From Candidatus Marinacidobacterium sp. (GTDB lineage Bacteria > Acidobacteriota > Vicinamibacteria > Marinacidobacterales > Marinacidobacteraceae): a stretch of DNA of 64,000 nucleotides. The notes under the pieces are model-generated. The model ran no database searches, was not told the DNA's origin, and was given only the letters and a program-made list of their open reading frames with translations. The stretch's first letter is position 1. Every line of letters starts with the position of its first letter. Where the stretch lies: positions 626,239 through 690,238 of the forward strand of contig OZ251549.1 of assembly GCA_965243415.1 (NCBI GenBank), in the 5' to 3' direction. Positions 45,551 through 54,029 of the stretch are shown piece by piece. The position numbers and the translations under genes are program-made.

Positions 45551-47869
45551 GTGGAGGATCTGCTGCATCGACTCCGGCAGTTCGACGCGGTCCGGGACAT
45601 CAACGGCGGAAAGGATCTCGTTCGGCGCGCCGACCTGAGCGCGATTTCGCCGGTGTACGCCGATGAAACCGTCCTGTCCATTCTGGATCCGGCGCTTGCA
45701 GATGCCCTGCGTACCCGCGGTCTCCGTCGGCTCTATCGACATCAGGCCGACGCCATCGAAGCCGGCGTCGCCGGCAAGAATGTCGTTCTCCAGGCACCGA
45801 CAGCGAGCGGAAAGTCGCTCGCATTCCAAATTCCGATGTTGAACACGCTGATCGCGGACGACGACCGGCGGGCTCTGATGATCTATCCGACGAAGGCGCT
45901 GTCGCTCGACCAGCGGGATCAATTGATGCAACTGACGGAGCACCTCCACGGCCGAAACCTTCAATCCTGGTGGTACGACGGCGATGTGAGCGCCGAGGAA
46001 CGTAAAGCGATCCGACAGAACCCCTTTGAGATCCTGTTCACGAATCCGGACATGTTGCATCGAAGTTTTCTCGGACATTCCGACCTGTGGACCTCCTTCT
46101 TCCGAGGACTCCGATGGATCGTCATCGATGAAATCCACGAGTACCGCGGCTACTTCGGATCGAATGTGTCCATGATCCTGAGGCGGTTACTCCATCATCT
46201 CGACTCTCTCGGAGTCCGACCCCAACTCTTCCTTAGTTCTGCCACCTGCGCGAACGCCCGCGAACACGCCGAGAATCTGACCGGTGCCGACTTCGAGGAA
46301 GTCAACGCTTCCGCCAGCATGCGTCCCAAGAGGTCGTTCCTCTTCGTCCAGCCAGATATTCCCGACTATCAGTATTGGGAAATCCTTCAACTGAGGACGG
46401 TGAGAGCCGGTCTCGCCTGTCTGGAAGCCGACCACTCCGTTCTCGCATTCTGCCCGACACGGAAATTCGCCGAACACTGCCACCGCACTGCCATGAGGGA
46501 AGTGGCGCGACTCAAGGAAGAAGGAAACGGCAACGGCCTCGATGCGAACGCAATCAAGGTGTTCCGCGCCGGCTTGCGAACGGAAGACCGACACAAGATT
46601 CAAGACGGACTGAAAAAGGGCACCGTGCGATTGGTCTTCACCACGACGGCCCTCGAATTGGGGATCGACATCGGCGGCTTGGATGGCGTGATCCTGGCCG
46701 GTTTCCCGGACAGCATGATGTCCGCGTGGCAGCGCATCGGACGCGCCGGACGCAACTGGAAGTCCGGCGCGTTCGTTCTCTACTACCCCCGCAACAACCC
46801 CCTCGATCGTTTCTACGCGGCCAACCTCCCGGCGTTTCTGGACAAACCGCTCGACGATCTCGTCATCAACGCCGAGAACGAAGATGTCATCGAGCGTCAT
46901 GTTCCCTGTCTTCTCTACGAAACGCCGCAATTGGGAGATTCTTCCTCGGTTCTGGGTAAGGCGCTTCATCAGGCAGCGCAGACAAGAGTGAGGTCGGGAG
47001 CCCGTGTCGTCAGGACCGGGCGGTATCGTCCCCACTTCCGCGTGGATGTTCGCGGCGGTGGCGCGGGAATGTACACACTGGAAAGGGGCTCTGAGATGGT
47101 CGGCAGCATCTCGGCTCACCACCAGTTCAGAGAGGCGTACTTGCGGGCGATCTACATGCACGGCGGCTCCACTTATCGCGTCGAAGAGGTCGCTCAGGGC
47201 GGAGACGGTGGCAAGATCAAATTGAGTGATGCCGATCCACACCTCCGGACGAATCCGTCGCTCTTCACGACTCTGACACAGCAGGACATCTTCGACGGTT
47301 TTTCGTGGACTTCCGGCTCATTCACCGTGGAAGCGTACTACGGAAAAGTCAGTATCCTGGAGCGGCTCGTGACAGTCGAGGAAGTTGATGACCGGACCGG
47401 TGAGGTACACGACAAGTGGAGTCCCGAGCTGCAGCCTTCCCAGTTCACGAACGCCCACGCGTTCTGGGTTCGTGGCAAGACTGCCCTTTTGCCGGAGTGG
47501 GATTTTCTGGCGCTGCAGCACATCTTGCGGGTCGGAGTCTCGTTCGCGATCCCCATCGACGGACACGATGCATTCCCCTACGCAGACGTAAAGGATCGGG
47601 TGACTTACCTCGTGGAGAACTATCGTGGAGGCATCGGCATCGCTCGCAAGGTGTTGGAACGCTGGCGCGTGCTCCTGGCGAAGGGTATGGAAGTGGCCGA
47701 CCACTGTGAGTGCCGCAAGGGCTGCCCGAACTGCATCGTTCCGCCGCGCGCCACCGAGGAACTGAACAAAAGAGGTGGAATCGCTTTCGCTACGGCACTC
47801 CTTGACGCGAGCGACGGGCGGGAAGACGCCCGGTTCGCCGGAGGGCTGTGGGTTCCGACTGCAGACTGA
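45551..47869 (+). CDS. DEAD/DEAH-box helicase fused to a DUF1998 zinc-binding domain (MrfA/YprA-like)
   Basis: GTG at 45551 after an AAAGAGG RBS. Walker A APTASGKS; DEIH box; helicase-C motifs (TTALELGIDIG, QRIGRAGR); C-terminal CECRKGCPNC 4-Cys motif of DUF1998. G+C is lower than the flanks (59 of 100 nt in 46381-46480). Confidence 0.8.
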   Translation: MEDLLHRLRQFDAVRDINGGKDLVRRADLSAISPVYADETVLSILDPALADALRTRGLRRLYRHQADAIEAGVAGKNVVLQAPTASGKSLAFQIPMLNTLIADDDRRALMIYPTKALSLDQRDQLMQLTEHLHGRNLQSWWYDGDVSAEERKAIRQNPFEILFTNPDMLHRSFLGHSDLWTSFFRGLRWIVIDEIHEYRGYFGSNVSMILRRLLHHLDSLGVRPQLFLSSATCANAREHAENLTGADFEEVNASASMRPKRSFLFVQPDIPDYQYWEILQLRTVRAGLACLEADHSVLAFCPTRKFAEHCHRTAMREVARLKEEGNGNGLDANAIKVFRAGLRTEDRHKIQDGLKKGTVRLVFTTTALELGIDIGGLDGVILAGFPDSMMSAWQRIGRAGRNWKSGAFVLYYPRNNPLDRFYAANLPAFLDKPLDDLVINAENEDVIERHVPCLLYETPQLGDSSSVLGKALHQAAQTRVRSGARVVRTGRYRPHFRVDVRGGGAGMYTLERGSEMVGSISAHHQFREAYLRAIYMHGGSTYRVEEVAQGGDGGKIKLSDADPHLRTNPSLFTTLTQQDIFDGFSWTSGSFTVEAYYGKVSILERLVTVEEVDDRTGEVHDKWSPELQPSQFTNAHAFWVRGKTALLPEWDFLALQHILRVGVSFAIPIDGHDAFPYADVKDRVTYLVENYRGGIGIARKVLERWRVLLAKGMEVADHCECRKGCPNCIVPPRATEELNKRGGIAFATALLDASDGREDARFAGGLWVPTAD

Positions 47870-47945
47870 CCGGAACCTGTGTCCGCCCGCCGGGGCGACA
47901 CTCCGATTCAGGGCGCCGTCCGGAGCGGGGGTGCGGCGCGGGGGC

Positions 47946-49502
47946 CTACTCGTCGGCGAGGGCGGCGCGGATGACTTCGTACACGCGGGTGTTGAGGCCG
48001 ATGCCGCGGACGCCGGCGGCGCGGGGGCCGTAGCCGAGGAGGATCACCGGTTCGGAGGTGTGGCCGCCGGTGGACCAGACGGCCTGGGTGTGGTTCCCCA
48101 GCGCTTGGGCAGCCATCACCACCGGCCAGGCGAAGTCGTCGAGGTAGTACCGGGTGTTGCCCGGCGGTGCGGGGGATTCGCGGTTGAGGGCGGCGGCCAG
48201 GTTCGCGGCTTCCTCGTCGGTCAGGCGGATGCCGGTCGCTTCCTCGATGACTTCCAGGACGGACGCCGGGGTCGCCGGGGAGGACACTTCGGGCATCGCT
48301 TCGATCAGCGAGCGGCGCTGGCGGGACAGGAGTTCCAGGTGGCGCCGCCCGGCCATCTCCGAGCCGGCGCGGTAGTCCCAGGCCACCGTCTCCGGGAGCG
48401 GGCCGGGGCCGTCCGGGCCGTAGGTGAGGGTGAAGCCGCCGGTGCCGTGGTCGGCGGTGACCAGCACCAGAGTGTCCTCCCGCGCGGCGGCGAAGTCGTA
48501 CGCGGCGCCCACGGCAGCGTCGAAGTCCAGGATCTCCGCCAACATGGCGCCGGCGTCGTTCTCGTGGCCGGCGTAATCGACGAGGCCGCCCTCCACCATC
48601 AGGAAGAAGCCGTCTTCGGCGCCGGCCAACGAGGCGATGGCCGCGTCCGTCAGTTCGGCGAGCGATGGGATCGAGTCGTCGAGACCGGCGAACGACCGGT
48701 CCAGCACATAGGGGAGGTGGCTCGCCGCGAAGATGCCGAGCAGGCGTTCGGCGCCGCGCGCGGCGGCGAGGCTCTCGCGGTCGCCGACCACCGTGTAGCC
48801 CCGGCTCTCGGCGTCGGCGATCAGGTTGCGGTCGTCGGAGCGGTTCGAGTCGCCGTCGGTCGCTTCGGGCAGGCCGGGAACGGAGGCGCCCGTCCGTTGT
48901 CCCTCCGGCACCATCGCCCGGCCGCCGCCGCCGAGGAGCACTTCGACTTCGGGTTCGGTGAACAACTGGTCGGCGAGTTCCGGTTCCGGGACATAGCGGG
49001 AGCGGGCGTGGACCTTGAACGCCGCCGGGGTGGCGTGGGTCAGGCGCATGTTCGACACCAGGCCGGTCGCCAGGCCGCGCTCTTCCGCCCATTCCAGGAT
49101 CGTCGGGATCGGCTCTCCGGTCTCCGGGGCGACGCTCAGGGTCTCGGTGAGCGCCCGGCGGCCGGTCGCCATCTGGGTCGCGGCGGCGGCGGAGTCGGTC
49201 ACCGCCCGGTCGTAGGCGAAGGGGAGCGCGTAGCCGGCCTCGCCGGCGTCAGCCAACTCGGACATCCGCAGCGGCGCGCCGGCGATCTCGCTCGCGTACG
49301 AGACCCCCAGCGAGAACTGGTTCATCCCCAACCCGTCGGCGATGAGCAGGATCACATTCCGGGCCGCGGGCTCCGGGGCGCTCTCCGGGGAACAGCCGAG
49401 GGCGCCGGCGGCGAGCGCCAGCGCGCCCGGCAGCCGCCGGCGGCGCGAGGGTCGCCGGAGGCGGCGGGTCTTGAGGTCTCGGGGGCAGATCGCCGGTCGC
49501 AA
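47946..49502 (-). CDS. alkaline phosphatase (PhoA family), lipoprotein
   Basis: Lipobox-like LAAGALGC; LLIADGLG; DSAAAATQMATG active-site region; ADHGTGG. Confidence 0.85.
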   Translation of the reverse strand: MRPAICPRDLKTRRLRRPSRRRRLPGALALAAGALGCSPESAPEPAARNVILLIADGLGMNQFSLGVSYASEIAGAPLRMSELADAGEAGYALPFAYDRAVTDSAAAATQMATGRRALTETLSVAPETGEPIPTILEWAEERGLATGLVSNMRLTHATPAAFKVHARSRYVPEPELADQLFTEPEVEVLLGGGGRAMVPEGQRTGASVPGLPEATDGDSNRSDDRNLIADAESRGYTVVGDRESLAAARGAERLLGIFAASHLPYVLDRSFAGLDDSIPSLAELTDAAIASLAGAEDGFFLMVEGGLVDYAGHENDAGAMLAEILDFDAAVGAAYDFAAAREDTLVLVTADHGTGGFTLTYGPDGPGPLPETVAWDYRAGSEMAGRRHLELLSRQRRSLIEAMPEVSSPATPASVLEVIEEATGIRLTDEEAANLAAALNRESPAPPGNTRYYLDDFAWPVVMAAQALGNHTQAVWSTGGHTSEPVILLGYGPRAAGVRGIGLNTRVYEVIRAALADE

Positions 49503-49627
49503 AGCGCGGATTCCTTTCTCGTTCGCCGGCGGCGCCGAAGGGGGAGCGCCGCCCGGGGGATCGGGGAAAGGCTACTTCCCGTCGGCTCCGGGCAAGCGGA
49601 CCGCCCGGCCGCCCGGAAGCGCCGGCG

Positions 49628-50209
49628 CTACCGGGGCGGGGCGGCCAGCGCGGCGTAGTGGTCGCGGCAGAAGCGTTCGAGTTCCGTCGCCAACTGGTCG
49701 CTCGCGTTCCGGAGGCTCGTTCCCACCCGGCGCCGGGCGAGACCGGAGAGGGCCCGCCGGAGTTCCCCGGCGCTCGCCACCGCGTCCACATAGTGGAGTT
49801 CGACGATCTCCGGGCGCTCGGAGACGACCATGCCCCGCCGCACGAAGGTCCCGGCCCGTTTCAGCGCCATCTCGGACACGGTGCGGTAGTTCGTGACCTG
49901 GAGGATCACCCGGGCCTCCTCGGGGGACTCCACCGGTCGCAGCCAGTGGCGCCGGCGTTCGATCCGCTTCGAGACCTCGGCGACCGCCTCCCGGAGCCGG
50001 ACGCGGTGCTCGGCGTCCTCGGTCTCGAGCAGGTGGACGAAGACCGGGAACGGTTCCGACGGACGCGGCGGCGCCGGCTCCCCGGCGAGGGCCGCGCCGG
50101 CAACGCCGAGGAACAGCCCGCTGACCAGGCTGACGATCAGGCCGGCGACCGGCAGACCCGTAGCGACCGGGGCCCTTCCGCGCCGGAGATTCGTTCGGTG
50201 GCCGTTCAT
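49628..50209 (-). CDS. membrane-anchored hypothetical protein, paralog 1 of a local triplet
   Basis: Conserved GGAGGCGTCATG start context; N-terminal TM; shared blocks PEPFPVFVH, RRRHW, VELHYVDAV, SLRNASD and LERFCRDHYAAL with 51182-51739. Confidence 0.65.
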   Translation of the reverse strand: MNGHRTNLRRGRAPVATGLPVAGLIVSLVSGLFLGVAGAALAGEPAPPRPSEPFPVFVHLLETEDAEHRVRLREAVAEVSKRIERRRHWLRPVESPEEARVILQVTNYRTVSEMALKRAGTFVRRGMVVSERPEIVELHYVDAVASAGELRRALSGLARRRVGTSLRNASDQLATELERFCRDHYAALAAPPR

Positions 50210-50580
50210 GACGCCTCCTCCGCCGCCGGCAGCGACGCCATGCTACTTCGCCGGCCGGGGCGCCGCGCCCGGGGACGGACTGCACGGGGCGGTGGGCAGG
50301 GGCGCACTTCGGCGCCTGCCGGCTGGCCGGCGCGCTGCTGCGCCTGCTCCGCCACTTGCCGCCCGGCGCACGGAGCGGCTACCGAAGGCGCCGGGCGAAA
50401 CGCGTCCTCTCAGCGCCACGACCCGCGCCGCGCACCCGGCTTCGCCCCGGCGGGACCGGTCGCCGCCGAACCGCGTCGCCTCTACGCCCCCGGCGGGCTC
50501 GAAGCCGCTCGGCCACACCCTGCCGGCGCCGAGGTCCCGCCGCCGCTCCGGACGACACGCCACGATCCCGAAACCGCGCC

Positions 50581-50660
50581 GGGTAGTGTGTAGTTGGAGT
50601 TCTATGTTCTTTTATATCAACGATTTACGAGACGAAATGTCGAAGTGTCGAGACTCCGCC
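50581..50660 (-). repeat. AT-rich conserved non-coding element, copy U1
   Basis: GTAGTGTGTAG..ATCAACGATTTACG..GTCGAAGTGTCGAG on the + strand. Locally AT-rich (TTCTATGTTCTTTTATATC) in a very G+C-rich spacer. Confidence 0.55.
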
Positions 50661-50804
50661 GCGGCGGGCCCCGTCGCCGTCGCCGTCGAACCGCGCCGCA
50701 TCTACGCCGCACAGTCGTCTCGACACCGCTCAGCGGCAGGGCGCCGGCGCCGAGTTCCCGCCGCCGACCCCCCGAGTTCACCCCGCGACCCGGAATCCGG
50801 ACTG

Positions 50805-50875
50805 CGCAGCGGATATTCGAACCTCTTTACCCTGCTTTATCCATGACTCGCGCGGCGAAGTGTCGAAGTCGGGGA
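50805..50875 (-). repeat. AT-rich conserved non-coding element, degenerate copy U2
   Basis: CTTTACCCTGCTTTATCCATGACTCGCG..GAAGTGTCGAAGTCGGGG aligns with U1 and U3. The core matches 10 of 14 positions. Confidence 0.4.
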
Positions 50876-51065
50876 TCGAGGGCCGCTCGGCGGGCGCGCC
50901 CGCTGCGCGGCCGGCGACGGTTCGAAGCCCGGCCGGGGCCGCGACCGGGGCGCCGGGAAGCGGTCTTCCGGTCGGCCCGAGGCTGTCCGCGGCGCCGAGC
51001 GGACCTGCCGAACCGTTCCGCCCCCCGAGGAACACCGCGCCATCCGCTGGCCCGGCCGTCCCGCG

Positions 51066-51135
51066 GGTAGTGTTTCCAGGGATCTCTCTTCTATTCCGGT
51101 CAACGACTTACGGGGCCGAACCGTCGAAGTCGGGA
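51066..51135 (-). repeat. AT-rich conserved non-coding element, copy U3
   Basis: GGTAGTGTTT..GTCAACGACTTACGG..CCGTCGAAGTCGGG on the + strand. Confidence 0.55.
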
Positions 51136-51181
51136 AGGAAGAGCGGGAGTGACGGCGGGCGGACGCGCCGGACGCCGCCCC

Positions 51182-51739
51182 CTACGGAGACGACTCGCTC
51201 AGCGCGGCGTAGTGGTCGCGGCAGAAGCGCTCGAGTTGCTCGGCCAGGTGGTCGCTGGCGTTGCGGAGGCTGGTGCCGGTTTCGCGCTCGTCCAGACCGG
51301 ACAGGACTTCCGCCACGCCCCCGACCCGGGCCACGGCGTCCACATAGTGCAGTTCGACGATCTCGCTGCGCTCCACCATGACGACCTGCCCGCGCTGGAT
51401 CAGTTTGTCCAGTTTCGGGATCATCTGCGAAGCGGTCCGGTAGTTCGTGATCCGCAGGGTGACCCGAGCCTCCGCGGCGGAATCCACCGTCCGGAACCAG
51501 TGCCGCCGCCGGGCGATCCGCTTCGCGACTTCCGGGACCGCCTTCCCGAGCATTCCCCGCAGTTCGGCGTCCTCGGTCTCCACGGCGTGGACGAAGACCG
51601 GGAACGGTTCCGGCGGCCGCCTCGGCGCCTGCTCGCCGGCGAGGGCCGCGCCGGCGAACCCGACGATCAGCCCGGCGACCGAAAGGCCCGTAGCAACGGG
51701 CCACACCCCGCGCCGGGGATTCGTTCGCTGGTCGTTCAT
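51182..51739 (-). CDS. membrane-anchored hypothetical protein, paralog 2 of a local triplet
   Basis: Same start context and conserved blocks as 49628-50209. Confidence 0.65.
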   Translation of the reverse strand: MNDQRTNPRRGVWPVATGLSVAGLIVGFAGAALAGEQAPRRPPEPFPVFVHAVETEDAELRGMLGKAVPEVAKRIARRRHWFRTVDSAAEARVTLRITNYRTASQMIPKLDKLIQRGQVVMVERSEIVELHYVDAVARVGGVAEVLSGLDERETGTSLRNASDHLAEQLERFCRDHYAALSESSP

Positions 51740-51837
51740 GACGCCTCCTCCGCCGGCGCCTCCGCCGGCTGCGACGCGATGCTACTTCGCGTTCCCGGTG
51801 CCGGGGCGTCCCCGCGGTCGGCCGGGAGTGTCGGCGT

Positions 51838-52380
51838 TCACGGCGAGCGGGCCGTCAGCGCCGCGTAGTTCTCCCGGCAGAGCCGCTCCAGTTCTTCCGC
51901 CAGGTGGTCGGCGGCCTTCCTCAGGCTCGTCGCGGCGTCACGCTCTTCCAGAGAGAGGATGTCGCGCTTCCCGCCGCGGTCCGCGACCGCGTACAGGTAG
52001 TGGATATCCACTACTTCCGTGCCCGCCATCATCGTGGTCGAGCCGCGCGCCAGCGACTGCTTCGACAGACGGGGAACGATCCCGCTGCCGATCCGGTAGT
52101 CGGTGAGCCGCAGCGTCAGGACCGCGTCCTCGGCGCTCTCCGCGACCCGGAACCAGTGGCGGCGGCGCGCGACCCGCTTCGCGACCTCGGCCACGGCCTC
52201 CTCCAGGCGCTCCCGGAGCGTTTCGTCGTCGGTCCCGATCGCCTCCACGAAGACCGGGAAGGGTTCCGGGGGGCGCTTCCGGGCCGGCTAAGCCCCGGCG
52301 AACGCCGCGGCGACGATCCCTCCGAGCAGGAACGCCGGCCACGCCTTCCCGCGCCGGACTCCGTTTCGTGATCTCTTCAT
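51838..52380 (-). pseudogene. paralog 3 of the triplet, interrupted by an in-frame TAG at 52288-52290
   Basis: The ATG at 52380 (ATGA overlap with the thiI stop) encodes MKRSRNGVRRGKAWPAFLLGGIVAAAFAGA, then TAG. The same frame continues PARKRPPEPFPVFVEAIG.., collinear with paralogs 1 and 2. Confidence 0.6.
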
Positions 52381-53759
52381 GACGCCTCCGCCACCGGCTC
52401 CCCCACCGATTCGCCGGCCGGCAGCGGCGGCATCGTAGTGCGGGCTTCGACCTCCGGGAACGGCGTGAAGGGGGTGACCTGTTCGCCGCCCTGGAGCACG
52501 CCGAGCAGGGAGTCCTCGAGCGAGGCCTCGACCAGCGCGTCGGAATCCGGGATCAACCGCGACTCCTCGGCGGCCACCCGCTGCGGCGTGGAGCGCGTCC
52601 GGGGCGAGCCGGCGACCAGGGCGCAGCAGTCCTTCGCCGGGACCGCGGAGACCGCGTAGGTCCCGATCCGTTCCGCCCGTTCCATGATCGCCGCCTTGCC
52701 CATGCCGATGAGCGGGCGGAACACCGGGAGCGAAACGGCGGTGTCGGTGCTGACCAGGTTCTCCAGGGTCTGGGAAGCCACCTGGGAGAGGCTGTCCCCG
52801 GTAACCAGGGCGCCGGCGCCGAAACGACGCGCCGCCGCTTCCCCGCAGCGGAGCGCGAAGCGGCGGAACAGGAGCGCCCCGTAGCCGCGGCCACCGCCGG
52901 TGAGCAGCAGGTCGAAGTGGGTGTACGGGACCAGGAGCAGGCGCGAGCGGACGGTGTAGCGGGAGAGCGCCCGCGCCAGCCGGATGGCCTTCGCCGAGGC
53001 CGGGTCCTCGGGGTCGGGGCGCACCGGGGTGAGGTGCACGAAGTCCACCGCCGCGCCCCGGCCGGCCATCATCCAGGCCGCCACCGGCGAGTCGAACCCG
53101 CCGGACAGCAGCGCGGTGAGCCGGCCGGCGGCGCCCACCGGCAATCCGCCGGGGCCGCGCACCCGGCGCGTCCAGAAGAAGAGCCCGTCCTCGTGCGCCT
53201 CGATGAAGATGGTGAACTCCGGGCGGGAGAGGTCCACCCGCTGCCACCCGGTCCGGTCGAGGACGGCGCGGCCGGCGATCGTCGCGATCTCGTAGGAAGG
53301 GATCGGGAACGCCTTGTGGCGGCGACGGACGGCCAGGGCGAAGCCGGCGCCGGGAGTGCTCGGCGGGGTGCGGGCCGCGAGGCCGACCACGATCTCCAGG
53401 AGGCGGTCGCGGTATCCGGCCGAGGCGGAGGCGCCCGCACTCCCGGCCCAGGGGAGCACCCACGCCGGGAGCGCCAGTTCGACCCCGAAGACGGTGGCGA
53501 TCGCCTCCAGCGCCCGGTCGAGGGCGCCGCCCTCCCCGTCGGGGACCTCGATCCAGACCCGATCCCCCTGGGAGCGGGCGCGCCAGCCGAGGCCGATCCC
53601 CTTGAGCCGCCGCGCCAGGTTGCGCTTCAGCGCTTCGCGGAACGAGGGGCGGTTGCGGCCCTTGATCCGGATCTCGGGGGAGCGGATGAGCACCCGGCGG
53701 CCGAGTCCCGGCGCCGGCGGCGGCTCCCCCGCAGGCAGTTCCCGGGTGAGCGATTCCAT
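52377..53759 (-). CDS. thiI: tRNA 4-thiouridine(8) synthase ThiI (THUMP plus PP-loop ATPase)
   Basis: PP-loop LLSGGFDSPVAAWMM; N-terminal ferredoxin-like/THUMP region; VTGDSLSQVASQT motif. Confidence 0.85.
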   Translation of the reverse strand: MESLTRELPAGEPPPAPGLGRRVLIRSPEIRIKGRNRPSFREALKRNLARRLKGIGLGWRARSQGDRVWIEVPDGEGGALDRALEAIATVFGVELALPAWVLPWAGSAGASASAGYRDRLLEIVVGLAARTPPSTPGAGFALAVRRRHKAFPIPSYEIATIAGRAVLDRTGWQRVDLSRPEFTIFIEAHEDGLFFWTRRVRGPGGLPVGAAGRLTALLSGGFDSPVAAWMMAGRGAAVDFVHLTPVRPDPEDPASAKAIRLARALSRYTVRSRLLLVPYTHFDLLLTGGGRGYGALLFRRFALRCGEAAARRFGAGALVTGDSLSQVASQTLENLVSTDTAVSLPVFRPLIGMGKAAIMERAERIGTYAVSAVPAKDCCALVAGSPRTRSTPQRVAAEESRLIPDSDALVEASLEDSLLGVLQGGEQVTPFTPFPEVEARTTMPPLPAGESVGEPVAEAS

Positions 53760-53785
53760 GACTCCGACGATTCCCCCCGGTCCGG

Positions 53786-53859
<74 letters not shown>

Positions 53860-53887
53860 ACCCGTCGGAACGGATCCGGCCCAGCGC

Positions 53888-53964
53888 TGGTACGCCTGAG
53901 AGGATTCGAACCTCTGACTTCTTGCTCCGGAGGCAAGCGCTCTAATCCACTGAGCTACAGGCGC
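53888..53964 (-). tRNA. tRNA-Arg (anticodon CCG)
   Basis: Hand-folded cloverleaf: acceptor GCGCCTG/CAGGCGT; anticodon stem CTTGC/GCAAG with loop CTCCGGA; T-arm AGAGG-TTCGAAT-CCTCT. Encoded CCA. Confidence 0.85.
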
Positions 53965-54029
53965 TCCCAAGCGCGCCGGAAAGGGCGGGAAAGCGTAGCA
54001 GCACCGCCGGCCGGCCCGTGGGCGACGGA

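Noticed and set aside
50594-51070. 158-aa plus-strand ORF in the spacer between paralogs
   Set aside because: It is about one-third arginine with no hydrophobic core, and it spans the repeat units. It is better explained as non-coding repeat sequence.
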